Assembly (NCBI GenBank): GCA_039208735.1
Contig: JBCCQY010000013.1
Location: 1-64,000, forward strand
Direction: 5' to 3'
Source of the DNA: Myxococcota bacterium
GTDB taxonomy: Bacteria; Myxococcota_A; UBA796; GCA-2862545
DNA length: 64,000 nt
Shown here: positions 18,579-28,843 of the stretch, piece by piece
How the letters are laid out: every line of letters starts with the position of its first letter
How positions within the stretch are numbered: the stretch's first letter is position 1
Translations under genes and position numbers: made by a program
The notes under the pieces: model-generated
Told to the model about the DNA's origin: nothing
Seen by the model: only the letters and a program-made list of their open reading frames with translations
The model's database searches: none

Positions 18579-18769
18579 CAGGATCGACGGGCGGAGTGGT
18601 CTCCCTGGACAAACCTCGACCGGCTGAGTGGGGCGATCTGGGTGATGTTGTCGACAGGGCCTCTTGGCTCGACCACCTACCGCCACCTAGCGGACTGCCT
18701 CGTTCTCACGACACCCCGTCCCCCCCCTTCGCCGCCATGGGGGAGGTCAAGACGACGCGGAGGCCATGC

Positions 18770-20818
18770 ATGTCGGACGCCAAGCCCGAGGGCTTGCTGG
18801 GGCTCATTGCTCAGAATCAGGACGTCACCCACTACCAAAACCTGCTGTGGGAGGGCAGCTTCGGCGACTATCTCCAGATCGTGCAGAACGACGGTCAAGT
18901 CGCCCGAAATGCCTATCAGCGCCTCTACGATTTGATCGAATCCTACGGCGCTGAGGAGTACACGGAGTATCGCAAGCCGATCCTTCGCCATCACTTTTTC
19001 GATGACCCCTTCGATAACGGCGCGGACGCCGTGTTTGGCATCGACATCCACCTGATGAAGCTTGTGCGGGTCTTCCGTGCAGCTGCGCTCGGTTATGGGC
19101 CTGAAAAGCGCGTCATCTTGCTCCACGGCCCGGTGGGTTCCGCCAAATCGACGATCGCTCGCTTGCTTAAGAAGGGGCTTGAAAGCTACAGCCGTACCGA
19201 AGAAGGGCGGTTGTACACCTACTCTTGGGTCATCGACAGTGAGGAGATTCCCTCGCCCATGAACGACGAGCCCTTGCTGCTACTGCCTGACGCGACGCGG
19301 GCCAAGGTCCTTTCGGAACTGAATTCGAATTCGAAGTCGCGCTACAAGGTGAAGCCGATTGGCGAACTGAATCCCGTCTGCCGATATTGGTATCGGGAAC
19401 TGCTGAAGCGCTACGATGGCGACTTCATCAAGGTGCAAGAGCACATCAAGGTTCGCCGGCTCATCCTGTCCGAAAAGGACCGTGTGGGAATCGGTACCTT
19501 CCAGCCGAAGGACGAAAAGAACCAGGATTCGACCGAGCTTACAGGCGATATCAATTATCGTAAGATTGCGGAATTTGGCTCGGATTCCGATCCGCGTGCC
19601 TTCAACTTCGACGGTGAATTCTGTGTCGCGAACCGCGGCATCATCGAGTTCGTCGAGATGTTGAAGCTCGACGTGGCGTTTCTCTACGATCTGCTGGGAG
19701 CCAGCCAGGAACACCGCATCAAGCCCAAGAAGTTCGCGCAGACGTCGATCGACGAGGTCATCATCGGGCACACGAACGAGCCCGAGTACCGGCGCCTGCA
19801 GAACAACGAATACATGGAAGCGCTTCGCGATCGTACGATCAAGATCGATGTGCCGTACATCACGAAGCCGACCCAGGAATCGAAGATCTATGTGAAGGAC
19901 TTCAACTCCGACAAGGTCAGCGCGCACATCGCACCCCACACGGTCGAGATGGCCGCCCTTTGGGCGGTGCTGACGCGGCTCGAGGAGCCTTCCAACCACA
20001 AGCTTTCGCTGTTGCAGAAGTCGAAGCTCTACGATGGACGGTCGGTGCGTGGCTTCACCGAAGACCACGTCAAGGAGTTGCGGAAGCAGGCCGTCCGAGA
20101 AGGCATGATCGGGATTTCACCTCGCTATGTGCAGGACAAGATTTCCAATGCCCTGGTGAAGGACCCCGACCTTCAGGTTCTCAATCCGTTCATGGTGTTC
20201 AACGAACTTGAAAGCGGGCTCAAGAGTCACTCGCTCATCTCGAACGAAGACGAACGCGAGCGGTATCGCGAGCTGCTCGGGGTCGTGAAAGAAGAGTACA
20301 CCGATATCGTGAAGAACGAGGTTCAGAAGGCCATTGCGGCCGACGAAGGTGCGCTCAACCGACTGTGTGCGAACTACATCGACAACCTTCGGGCGTACGT
20401 CCTCAAGGAAAAGGTGAAGAACTCGTTCACCGGGGAATACGAGGAGCCGAATGAGCGCCTCATGCGATCGATCGAAGAGAAGATCGACATTCCCGACACC
20501 CGCAAGGACGACTTCCGCCGTGAATTGATGAACTACATCGCGGCCCTTGCGCTGGACGGCAAGACGTTCGACTACACGATGAACGAGCGCTTGCATCGCG
20601 CCCTTGAACTCAAGCTGTTTGAAGACAGCAAGGATTCGATCAAACTGACGAGCCTCGTGTCCGACACGATGGATGCCGACACGCAGGCCAAGATCGAAGT
20701 CGTGAAGCAGCGACTCGTCGACCACTACGGCTACGACGAGGTCTCCGCCGCCGACGTGCTCCAGTACGTGGCCAGCATCTTTGCGCGAGGCGATGCTTCG
20801 GATGGTGCCAAGGGCTAA
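18770..20818 (+). CDS. prkA: PrkA/YeaG family serine protein kinase (AAA+)
   Basis: [11 protein letters not shown]alker [34 protein letters not shown] and EALRDR; GGAGG RBS before ATG 18770. Confidence 0.93.
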   Translation: MSDAKPEGLLGLIAQNQDVTHYQNLLWEGSFGDYLQIVQNDGQVARNAYQRLYDLIESYGAEEYTEYRKPILRHHFFDDPFDNGADAVFGIDIHLMKLVRVFRAAALGYGPEKRVILLHGPVGSAKSTIARLLKKGLESYSRTEEGRLYTYSWVIDSEEIPSPMNDEPLLLLPDATRAKVLSELNSNSKSRYKVKPIGELNPVCRYWYRELLKRYDGDFIKVQEHIKVRRLILSEKDRVGIGTFQPKDEKNQDSTELTGDINYRKIAEFGSDSDPRAFNFDGEFCVANRGIIEFVEMLKLDVAFLYDLLGASQEHRIKPKKFAQTSIDEVIIGHTNEPEYRRLQNNEYMEALRDRTIKIDVPYITKPTQESKIYVKDFNSDKVSAHIAPHTVEMAALWAVLTRLEEPSNHKLSLLQKSKLYDGRSVRGFTEDHVKELRKQAVREGMIGISPRYVQDKISNALVKDPDLQVLNPFMVFNELESGLKSHSLISNEDERERYRELLGVVKEEYTDIVKNEVQKAIAADEGALNRLCANYIDNLRAYVLKEKVKNSFTGEYEEPNERLMRSIEEKIDIPDTRKDDFRRELMNYIAALALDGKTFDYTMNERLHRALELKLFEDSKDSIKLTSLVSDTMDADTQAKIEVVKQRLVDHYGYDEVSAADVLQYVASIFARGDASDGAKG

Positions 20819-20834
20819 CGCCTTTCGGTTGGTG

Positions 20835-21473
20835 CTAGCGACCTTCCAGGAGGTCCTTCATGCGGAGCAGGCTGTCGAACAACACGTCGGGGAACGCGGA
20901 CTTCAGGAGCCACTTGGGAACCTTCACCGGCGGAATCGCATTGCCCTGCTCGTGGATCTCCAGTTTCCCCGCTCCCAGGTCGGTGAAGGTGTAGGTCACC
21001 TCGTAGTCCGACTGACGGGCAACGCCCTGATCGGGGTAGGACCCGTCGACGGCGACGAATCGAGCGTGAGCCACGTCGTCGTCGACCGTGACGCTCAGCT
21101 CGCACACTCGATCGTTGTTCTTCACGGGCCAGGGGTTGGTCATGGCTTCGTAGATGAGCCATCGATCCTCGGCCAGCGTCTCGATGATCAACGCTTCGTC
21201 GACCTCGAACGTGGTTACGTAGCCCGGCACGTCGCGAAGCAACGCGACAGCGTCGTCGATCGTGGCGTCCGCCACTGTCCTCGATTCATCCTCGATGCGG
21301 GGGACGGGTTTGCCATCAGCGTTCGTGGTCTCGCCGATCCGCCACCGCGCCCAGGTGTCGACGTCGAGCTCGGCTTGGCAGAACCCTTCGAGGTCCGCGT
21401 TGCACTTCCCTCCACATCCGACGCTTAGGATCGCCACTCCAACGACGAAGCCCATTCGAATCACGAAGTCCAT
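20835..21473 (-). CDS. START/SRPBCC-like lipid-binding lipoprotein
   Basis: Lipobox SVGC; PWPVKNNDRV resembles the START PWPxxxRD motif; VPKWL. Confidence 0.55.
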   Translation of the reverse strand: MDFVIRMGFVVGVAILSVGCGGKCNADLEGFCQAELDVDTWARWRIGETTNADGKPVPRIEDESRTVADATIDDAVALLRDVPGYVTTFEVDEALIIETLAEDRWLIYEAMTNPWPVKNNDRVCELSVTVDDDVAHARFVAVDGSYPDQGVARQSDYEVTYTFTDLGAGKLEIHEQGNAIPPVKVPKWLLKSAFPDVLFDSLLRMKDLLEGR

Positions 21474-21545
21474 GTCACCTCCTGATTCGGGAATAGATCC
21501 AGGCCGTCGACGAGGTTCAGACACGAAAGTGTTGTTGTGGGGTGG

Positions 21546-24149
21546 CTAGGCGAGGATGCCCAGCTCACGGGCCCGCACCACGGCCTCGGTCCGACTCCGG
21601 GCTCCGAGCTTCCGGAAGATCCTCCGGTTGTGGCCCTTCACCGTATCCAGAGCCACGAACAAGCATTTGCTGATTGCCGAATTCGATAGTCCCTGGGCCA
21701 CGAGCGACAACACCTCGACCTCGCGCTGGCTGAGCGCATCGGGAGCGGCAGGTGCGTCGGGCGGAACCAATCGACGCCGGAGCGACCTCGAGAACGGCGA
21801 CTGCAAGTTCGGCGGTAGGGTGGCGAGGAGGCTGAGCACGTCCGACCGATCATCGAGGAACAGCTGCACGTGGCCGTCGACCGAAGCGAGCGCCAACGCG
21901 ACGGCGAGACGTTGGTGAGCAGCGTCTCGTCGATCTGCGGCCGCGAGGAAGAGCGCCTCCAACAGCGCGATCTCCATCACGCTACGCGTGCGTCCCTGTT
22001 GTTCGGCCAGGATCCGCCACGGTCCTAGCTCGGACGACGCGTCGGCCTCCCCCACGGCCAAGCGCAGTCGCGTCGCGGTCAACGCGGCGAACTCGTCTAC
22101 GAAGCGTACGTTGTCCGACCGAACGCGGTCGGCCGCTCGGAGCGCGCGTGCAGCCTCGGAACGCCGGTCCGCCATCAGCAGAACACGGGCCCGCACAGCC
22201 GCCAGGGGGCGGCTGTCCGGGAGCGGGGTGCTCAGGAAGCACGCGTCGGCCTGGTCCAGCGTTCGCAGGGCGGACGCCAGGTCACCCCCGCGCGCTTCGA
22301 GTAGGGCTCGGGTGGTGAGGAATCGAGAGCGGAACCCCAAGGAAAGTGACACGGTGACGTCGGCTAGGCGGAGCTTCGCGGCCGCGGCCTCGAGATCGCC
22401 ACGCTCGAGATCGAGTTCGGCCGCCATGCGGTACAGCTCCTCCACGCCAGGTGACTCCTGACGGTCTGCCATCTCGATGCCTCGCGCGACAATGCGCGTA
22501 GCCTCGGAGAGTTGACCGAGCCCGCGCCGCAGCTCCGCCAGGACGAACCGCATGGAGAGCGCGTCGGAGAGGTTCTGGGACCGCTCGGATTCCTGCAAAC
22601 TCCGCGTGAATGCCGTGCTCGCCTGCTCGAGGTCGCCGTCACTCCAACATGCGAGACCCAGCAACGCGCGGGCTCGCCTCTCGACGTGAGGCTCGGCGGG
22701 ACCGGAGGCGGCGATCGCACGCTCAGCCCAGCGCCGCGTCTCGTCCACCCGACCGCAGGCTTGGGCGTGGTACGCCTTCCACAGCGCCACCTGGCTGCGC
22801 AGCGCCGTCGCCGGTTCCTGCGATTGGGCAAGCGCGGTCTCGACCACCGCGAGGTGCCTCGCCGAGGACTCGAACTCGCCCGCGATCAGGGTGGCGTTGG
22901 CCAGCTGGAGGCAGAGCTGCGGGCGCAAGCGGACGCGGTCGTCGGGTATGGTCGAAAGCCACTCGCGCCATTGCCCGATTTGGCCTGCCTCCGACATCGC
23001 CGAGAATGCTCGTTCGAGATGCTCTGCCGCCTCGTCGAAGGCCCCTGCAGCCACCGCATGGCCGGCTGCGTCGGGCCACTGCCCCCGCGCGGCGTACCAC
23101 CCGCTCGCTCGCGCGTGCAGCTGCGGAATTCGCTCGGGGGCGTCTCGAGCCAGTCGCAGGCGCAGCATCTCGCGGAAGAGGTGGTGGTAGCGTACCCACT
23201 CTCCTTCCGCGTCCAGAGGTACCACGAAGAGTTCGGCCTGCCCCAGAGCCCGAAGGGTCTCAGGTCCCGTGGTCGTCTCCGACGGTGTGACCGCCTCGCA
23301 CAGGCCACCGCAGAACGTGTCGAGGATGCTGGTGTCGAGGAGTACCCGCTGAAGATCGGCGGGGACTCGGTCGAACACCTCTTGCTCCAGGAACCCGAGC
23401 GCGCCGTCGCGCACGTGCCGCGCGGGCACGCCTGGGGGCCTTGCCAGGGCGAGGCCCGCCGCCTGGAGCCCCGCCACCCATCCCTCGGTGCGCTCTAGCA
23501 CCGTATGGCACGTGGCTTCGTCGACCGGGGTCGCCATCACCTCCTCGAAGAAGCGCCGCGCTTCGTCCAGCGTGAAGCGAAGCGCCTCCGGCCCGACCTC
23601 GGTGACCTGATCGCGAACGCGGTAGCGATCGAGCGGTAGGCCGAGCGTCTGGCGCGTGATCAGCACGAGATGGCACGTCTCCGGGAGGTGGTCGATCCAG
23701 AAGCCGATGATGTCGACGATCTCGGGTGTGGCGACCAGATGGACGTCGTCCAGCACGAACAGGATACGCCGCGGCGCCCGGGCGACCTCGTTGAGCAGGT
23801 GGGTTGAGAACGCGTCGGTGGCGAGGGGCCGGTCGGGGGCGAGGTGCTCAATGAGGTCGGCCCCGAGCGTTGGGTACACCTTGCGAATCGCGGCCAGCAC
23901 GTAGGTGAAGAACCGCCACGGCGCGCGATCGGCACGATCGAGCGACAGCCAGGCGACCGGGAGGCCCGAGGCCAGGGTCCAAGCGCGCGCCTGGGTCGTC
24001 TTGCCGAACCCCGCGGGGGCCATGATCACGGTGAAGCGTCGGTGCAGGCCTGCCTGCCATCGCGCGAAGGCCTCAGGCCGCGAGACCACGCGCGGCCGGC
24101 CCGGTGGGATGCGGACCTTCGTCTGCAGGACCACGGAACCGGTCTTCAC
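21546..24149 (-). CDS. MalT-like ATP-dependent LuxR family transcriptional regulator
   Basis: LQTK, APAGFGKTT, VLDDVH, TEGWVAGL, RYHHLF and a C-terminal LuxR HTH (LSQREVEVL...TVKGH); GGAGG RBS before GTG 24149. Confidence 0.92.
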   Translation of the reverse strand: MKTGSVVLQTKVRIPPGRPRVVSRPEAFARWQAGLHRRFTVIMAPAGFGKTTQARAWTLASGLPVAWLSLDRADRAPWRFFTYVLAAIRKVYPTLGADLIEHLAPDRPLATDAFSTHLLNEVARAPRRILFVLDDVHLVATPEIVDIIGFWIDHLPETCHLVLITRQTLGLPLDRYRVRDQVTEVGPEALRFTLDEARRFFEEVMATPVDEATCHTVLERTEGWVAGLQAAGLALARPPGVPARHVRDGALGFLEQEVFDRVPADLQRVLLDTSILDTFCGGLCEAVTPSETTTGPETLRALGQAELFVVPLDAEGEWVRYHHLFREMLRLRLARDAPERIPQLHARASGWYAARGQWPDAAGHAVAAGAFDEAAEHLERAFSAMSEAGQIGQWREWLSTIPDDRVRLRPQLCLQLANATLIAGEFESSARHLAVVETALAQSQEPATALRSQVALWKAYHAQACGRVDETRRWAERAIAASGPAEPHVERRARALLGLACWSDGDLEQASTAFTRSLQESERSQNLSDALSMRFVLAELRRGLGQLSEATRIVARGIEMADRQESPGVEELYRMAAELDLERGDLEAAAAKLRLADVTVSLSLGFRSRFLTTRALLEARGGDLASALRTLDQADACFLSTPLPDSRPLAAVRARVLLMADRRSEAARALRAADRVRSDNVRFVDEFAALTATRLRLAVGEADASSELGPWRILAEQQGRTRSVMEIALLEALFLAAADRRDAAHQRLAVALALASVDGHVQLFLDDRSDVLSLLATLPPNLQSPFSRSLRRRLVPPDAPAAPDALSQREVEVLSLVAQGLSNSAISKCLFVALDTVKGHNRRIFRKLGARSRTEAVVRARELGILA

Positions 24150-24245
24150 TGCTTCCTCCCGTCTCACCACCAACAACCACACTTTCGTGTCTGAAGTCGC
24201 CCGAGTGTGCCGTTTTACGAGGCGGGCTCGACCAGGGAGTGCACC

Positions 24246-24959
24246 ATGCAGCTGATCCTCCGACCCTACGCCCTCGGTGCAGGGCTCCTCTACCTCCTCG
24301 GGACCTTCTTCGGCATCGCTGCCGGACTTACCGGAGGTGAGACCCTCACGTCCATCGTCACGGGCGGCCCGCTCGAGGGCGAACTGCTGCCCCTGCTCTC
24401 GGACGGCGCGTTCCGCCTCTCGGCGAGCGCATTGTTGACGTTGGGCATGGGGATCTCGTTGGTCGCCATGACGGTCTTCTTCTTCCCGGTCCTCCGCCGG
24501 GACAGCGAGCCCCTCGCGCTCGGGGTTCTGGTGTTCCGGGGGCCGCTCGAGGGAAGCGCCTACCTGCTGCTCGCCCTCGAACAGGTGGCTCTGGCCGTGA
24601 TCGGGCGGCACTACCGCGCTGGAGGAGATGCCGCGGCCCTCCACGCGATGGGCGAGGTCCTGTACGAACTCGCCGATCTCAGCGGCTCGCTCTGCACGGT
24701 CGTCTTCTTGCTGGGGGCTCTCTGCCTGTACGGGTCGCTGTACCGCACCCGTCTGATCCCACGCTGGTTGTCGGTCTGGGGAGGGCTCGGCGTCGTACTG
24801 TACGGGGCGTACGGGGGGCTTCGTTTCTTCGGCGTCGATCCCTCGGGGGCGACCGCCCTGCAGATTCCGCTCGCCATTCAGGAACTCGTGATGGGGGGCT
24901 GGTTGGTGGTCGTGGGATTCGATCGCGACGCCTTGGCGCGACTCGCACCGAGAGGGTGA
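24246..24959 (+). CDS. DUF4386-like membrane protein
   Basis: Multi-TM protein with AGLLYL, LYRTRLIPRWLSVWG and QELVMGGWLVVVGF. Confidence 0.7.
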   Translation: MQLILRPYALGAGLLYLLGTFFGIAAGLTGGETLTSIVTGGPLEGELLPLLSDGAFRLSASALLTLGMGISLVAMTVFFFPVLRRDSEPLALGVLVFRGPLEGSAYLLLALEQVALAVIGRHYRAGGDAAALHAMGEVLYELADLSGSLCTVVFLLGALCLYGSLYRTRLIPRWLSVWGGLGVVLYGAYGGLRFFGVDPSGATALQIPLAIQELVMGGWLVVVGFDRDALARLAPRG

Positions 24960-25015
24960 CGGCCAACCAAGCCCGCCCCTCGCAGGGCGCCTCGCGAGTA
25001 GCTGACTACCTGCCC

Positions 25016-25924
25016 CTAGGGGACCGTAAGGGCCTTGCCTCGGCGTTCGGCTAGGGTCGTCCAGCCGGGCCAATGGGCGGCGGGGATGCGTTCGAGCACG
25101 TTGCGTCCGTAGACCGAGCCGAGGCCCAAGGTCGGCAAGTGCACGTAGCCAATGTGGCAGCGGCACGCCGACTTGGGGCAGACTCGGGACCCGAGCCCCA
25201 AATCACCGTCGATGTGGCCAATGACGTCGGGCACGAAGTGGCAACGACGCACCTGACCTTCGCCATCGACCGTGATGGCGGTACGGCCGGCGTCGCACGG
25301 CTGTCCGAGGCTTTGGTGCGGGGTCCGATTCCAAGGAAATAGCGGGTCGACGTGGGTCAAGAACGCGACTTCCTCATCGGAATAGGCGGGCTCGAGTCGT
25401 TTGTTTGCGTTGATCCAGAGGTAGACGTCGGGCGGCAGCCGTTCATGAATCGCGGCGATGGCCTGAAAATGCTCTCGCTGAGCCACCACCCCAACCGAAA
25501 GCCGCGCCCCCGCGGCCCGCACATGTTCAACGCGCCGAAGGAATCGGTCCAGCGGAGCGTAGTCGGGATGCCACGTGGCCCAAAAGGCGATGCGTTCGGC
25601 GCGGCTGTCAAACAGCCAGTCCACCGCCGCCGAAAGGTTGGTCTGGATGGCCACGCGTTCGATGTGATCCGCGTGCGAGAGCCGAGCCAGGGCGCGTTGG
25701 TAGGGGGCGTGGACGAGGGCTTCCCCCCACGGCGTAAAGAACACCCCAAGCCGCAGTGAGGCACCGAGGGCCCAGGTCACGAATCGGTCGAGAGCAGCGA
25801 AGTCGCTCGACAGTTCGTCTTCCCGCAAGGGGACCTTTCCGAACGGGCAGTAGTGGCAATCGAAGTTGCAGCTCTCGAGCGGTCCGCGGTACAGCACGCG
25901 GAGTACGGCGGGGTTTGCCGTCAC
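25016..25924 (-). CDS. STM4011 family radical SAM protein
   Basis: LYRGPLESCNFDCHYCPF, FFTPWGEAL, AIQTNLS, RRCHF and CRCHIGYVH. Confidence 0.85.
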   Translation of the reverse strand: MTANPAVLRVLYRGPLESCNFDCHYCPFGKVPLREDELSSDFAALDRFVTWALGASLRLGVFFTPWGEALVHAPYQRALARLSHADHIERVAIQTNLSAAVDWLFDSRAERIAFWATWHPDYAPLDRFLRRVEHVRAAGARLSVGVVAQREHFQAIAAIHERLPPDVYLWINANKRLEPAYSDEEVAFLTHVDPLFPWNRTPHQSLGQPCDAGRTAITVDGEGQVRRCHFVPDVIGHIDGDLGLGSRVCPKSACRCHIGYVHLPTLGLGSVYGRNVLERIPAAHWPGWTTLAERRGKALTVP

Positions 25925-27195
25925 TGGACCTCCGCCGCGTTCATGCGTCCTCGGATGTCGGTCGAGATGAGCCATGGCCCGATCTGATCGGACCGTTCGA
26001 GGCCCGCCGCGGTGAGACGGAGCACCTGACCGTCCCACGTGGCGAGTTCGTGATCGAGCAGCTGCGTCAAGGCCGGCACCTCGTCGAACGGGTCACTGCC
26101 ATGGACGGCTCGATCGATGCCACGTGCATCGAGCAGTCGCAGGATGACCGCACGGCGACGACGTTCTGCCGTGGTCAGGGCGATGCCCCAATCCACCGCG
26201 GCAGGATCGGCGGCCATCCAGGCATCGAGGATGGCGCGGACCCCTGCGTTGCGAACCGCGTAGCGGCTCGAAAAGTGGAGGGATGACGTATAGGAGCGGG
26301 CACCTACTCCGACGCCCACGAGGTTGCGATCGGGGTCCGCAAAGTCGCTCGGGTTGGACGTGGCCGTCGGGCTGGCGAACAGTCGCATGGAACGCTGCTC
26401 GTAGCCGGCCTCAAGGAGCCGATCCCGACCGGCGCGATACAGCGCAAGCCGCGCTTCGTCCTCGGCCGACCCGCCATGTCGGAACAGGCCGGTCTTGGGC
26501 CGCACATACAATGGGTATAGGAAGATCTCTTCAGGTTGCCAGTCCAAGATGCGGTCGATCGAGTCCACGAACGAGGCTGTGCTTTGGCCCGGTAGCCCAT
26601 ACATCAAGTCGAGGTTGAGGTTCTCAATCTTGGCGTCCTGCATGGCGCGTACGGCGGCCGCTACGTCGCTTTCGGCCTGGGGCCGCAACACCGCGGCAAC
26701 CTCCTGGGCATCGAGGCTTTGGATGCCCATCGAGAGTCGGGTGACCCCGCGTTCGACGAGCATCGCCGCATGTTCGGACGTGACGGTTGTGGGTGAGACC
26801 TCAACCGACCCTGGAATGGCCTTGAGGTCTGCGCCAAATCGAGCGAAACCGTCCAACACCCTCGACAGTTCCTCGACCGACAACCAAGTCGGTGTGCCCC
26901 CACCAATCGCAAAGTCGGTGAAGGTCGCATCAGGAAGCGCGTCGATGGTCGCATGAAGCGCCCGTTCCCACGCGTCGAGCCAACGGTCGACCAAGGGGGT
27001 GGGGGGTTGGGCGGTCGTAAAGAGGTTGCAGAATCCACACCGCATCTCGCAAAACGGCACGTGGGCGTAGAGCGAAAGCGCCTTCCGCTCTTCAACCCGC
27101 CAGACGTCGCGCAAGGTGCGAGGCGGCAAGGCCCGGTAGGCGAGCTTGTGGGGGTAGCTGTAGAGGTAGCCCTGGTAGAGCGAGCCTTGAAGCAT
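25921..27195 (-). CDS. STM4012 family (HemN-like) radical SAM protein
   Basis: YLYSYPHKLAYR, HVPFCEMRCGFCNLF, GGGTPT and LYPLYVRP. Confidence 0.85.
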   Translation of the reverse strand: MLQGSLYQGYLYSYPHKLAYRALPPRTLRDVWRVEERKALSLYAHVPFCEMRCGFCNLFTTAQPPTPLVDRWLDAWERALHATIDALPDATFTDFAIGGGTPTWLSVEELSRVLDGFARFGADLKAIPGSVEVSPTTVTSEHAAMLVERGVTRLSMGIQSLDAQEVAAVLRPQAESDVAAAVRAMQDAKIENLNLDLMYGLPGQSTASFVDSIDRILDWQPEEIFLYPLYVRPKTGLFRHGGSAEDEARLALYRAGRDRLLEAGYEQRSMRLFASPTATSNPSDFADPDRNLVGVGVGARSYTSSLHFSSRYAVRNAGVRAILDAWMAADPAAVDWGIALTTAERRRRAVILRLLDARGIDRAVHGSDPFDEVPALTQLLDHELATWDGQVLRLTAAGLERSDQIGPWLISTDIRGRMNAAEVQ

Positions 27196-27349
27196 GCGGG
27201 GGCCGTATCGCATGCCGCCGACCCGAGCGATCCAGATTGTGACCGGGCGTCGACCTCCTTGGAACGCCGGACGAATCAGAAAGGGAGCCTTGGATTGCCG
27301 CAGGCCCTTGCCTGCTGGATACGTCGCATCCACGCCTCGAGGGGAAGTT

Positions 27350-28777
27350 GTGCGAGATGCTCCCGCCCTGAGTTGGACTTCCAAGGTTGTCTACGGCACG
27401 GGCGACTTTTCCCTTTCGAGCTTCACGACCTACCGCCAGATTTTCCACGCGTTGTTCCTGACGAGCGTGGTCGGTCTTGACCCTCGGCTTGCGGCGGTTG
27501 CGGCGCTGGTAGGGGTGCTTTGGGATGCGGTGACCGACCCCGTGGTGGGGCGTCTTTCGGATCGGACACGGACCTCTTGGGGCCGTCGTCGTCCCTACCT
27601 TGTTGGGGCTGCGATTCCGTTTGGACTGTCGTACGGGATCCTGTGGTGGGTGCCACCTTGGGAAGGGCAGGTCGCTCTCATGGTGCACTTCACCGTGGCC
27701 TACATCGTGGCAACGACGTTTCAGACGCTGTTGTCGGTGCCGTTCTACGCACTCACCCCCGAACTGTCGTCGGACTATGACGAGCGGACGTCGCTCACGT
27801 CGTACCGCATGTTCTTCAATCTGGTTGCGTCGCTGGCGGTTGCGCTGCTGGCGCCAGAGATTGTGGGCTCGGTCGAAGCCGCGGGAGGCACCGCCGCACA
27901 GGGCTATCTCACCGTCGCCTTCCTGTTTGGCACGGCCAGTGTGGTGCCGCCGCTCTTGATTGCGGCCACGGTTCGCGAAGATCCGTCGGTCCCGCCGCCC
28001 GTGGATCGACCCTTTCTTGCTACCCTTCGGGCGGCTTGGGCCAACGTACCCTTCCGGTACTTGGCGCTGCTCTACATGCTCAACTGGATCACCTTCGATC
28101 TCGTTGCCCTGATGATCCCGTTCTTCGTCGAGTATCATCTGGATGCGGGCGGGGGAACCAAGCTGTCGCTGTTCGGCGTGGGGCTCGAAATCGAGTCGGC
28201 CATGCTGGGGGTGTTGCTTGTGGTCGCGCTGGTCGTGTTGCCCGTGTGGACGCCATTGAGCCGACGAGTCGGTAAAACCGGCGCCTACATTGCAGCCATG
28301 GTGAGCTGGGCGTTGGTACAGCTCGGTCTGTTCTTCGTGGCGCCCGGCGACGTCACGTTGGCCCTTTCGCTGGCGCTTGGAGCGAGCCTCGGGGTCTCCG
28401 CGGCCCATGTCCTGCCTGACGCGATGATTCCCGATGTGGTGGACGTCGACGAAGTCGAGACGGGCGAACGGAATGAGGGCATCTACTACGGCGCCAAGAA
28501 TCTACTGCGCAAGCTCACGGGGGCCTGCGCGATCTTTTTGGCGCTTCAAGCGCTCGGCTGGGCCGGCTTTCAGCCTTCTGCGTCGCAATCCGGCACCTAC
28601 GTCCCTCCAGAGTCAGCCATCTGGGCCATTCGGCTCCTCGTGGGGCCCGCCGGTGCGGTGCTGCTTATCGGGGCGGCGTACGCGGCGTGGGTGTATCCCC
28701 TGACGCGGGCTCGCCACGATGCGATTCGACAGGCGCTAAAGGCCAAACGAGATGCGCAGGCGGGACGCAACCCGTAG
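27350..28777 (+). CDS. MFS transporter, GPH (MelB-like) family
   Basis: WDAVTDP, SDRTRTSWGRRRP, YDERTSL and IPDVVD...GERNEG; about 12 TM helices. Confidence 0.9.
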   Translation: MRDAPALSWTSKVVYGTGDFSLSSFTTYRQIFHALFLTSVVGLDPRLAAVAALVGVLWDAVTDPVVGRLSDRTRTSWGRRRPYLVGAAIPFGLSYGILWWVPPWEGQVALMVHFTVAYIVATTFQTLLSVPFYALTPELSSDYDERTSLTSYRMFFNLVASLAVALLAPEIVGSVEAAGGTAAQGYLTVAFLFGTASVVPPLLIAATVREDPSVPPPVDRPFLATLRAAWANVPFRYLALLYMLNWITFDLVALMIPFFVEYHLDAGGGTKLSLFGVGLEIESAMLGVLLVVALVVLPVWTPLSRRVGKTGAYIAAMVSWALVQLGLFFVAPGDVTLALSLALGASLGVSAAHVLPDAMIPDVVDVDEVETGERNEGIYYGAKNLLRKLTGACAIFLALQALGWAGFQPSASQSGTYVPPESAIWAIRLLVGPAGAVLLIGAAYAAWVYPLTRARHDAIRQALKAKRDAQAGRNP

Positions 28778-28780
28778 CCT

Positions 28781-28825
28781 AAAACAAAGAGCGCGCCGCC
28801 CCGCTCATTGGCGGGAGGCGCGCTC
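28781..28825 (-). terminator. Intrinsic terminator between convergent genes
   Basis: GAGCGCGCC...GGCGCGCTC stem flanked by AAAACAAA, a U-rich tract on the minus strand. Confidence 0.7.
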
Positions 28826-28843
28826 GTCGAGTGCCCGGAACGC

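Noticed and set aside
24150..25166. Apparent 1206-aa MalT ORF with a long N-terminal extension
   Set aside because: The extension is the antisense shadow of the DUF4386-like gene; MalT homology and an RBS begin at GTG 24149.
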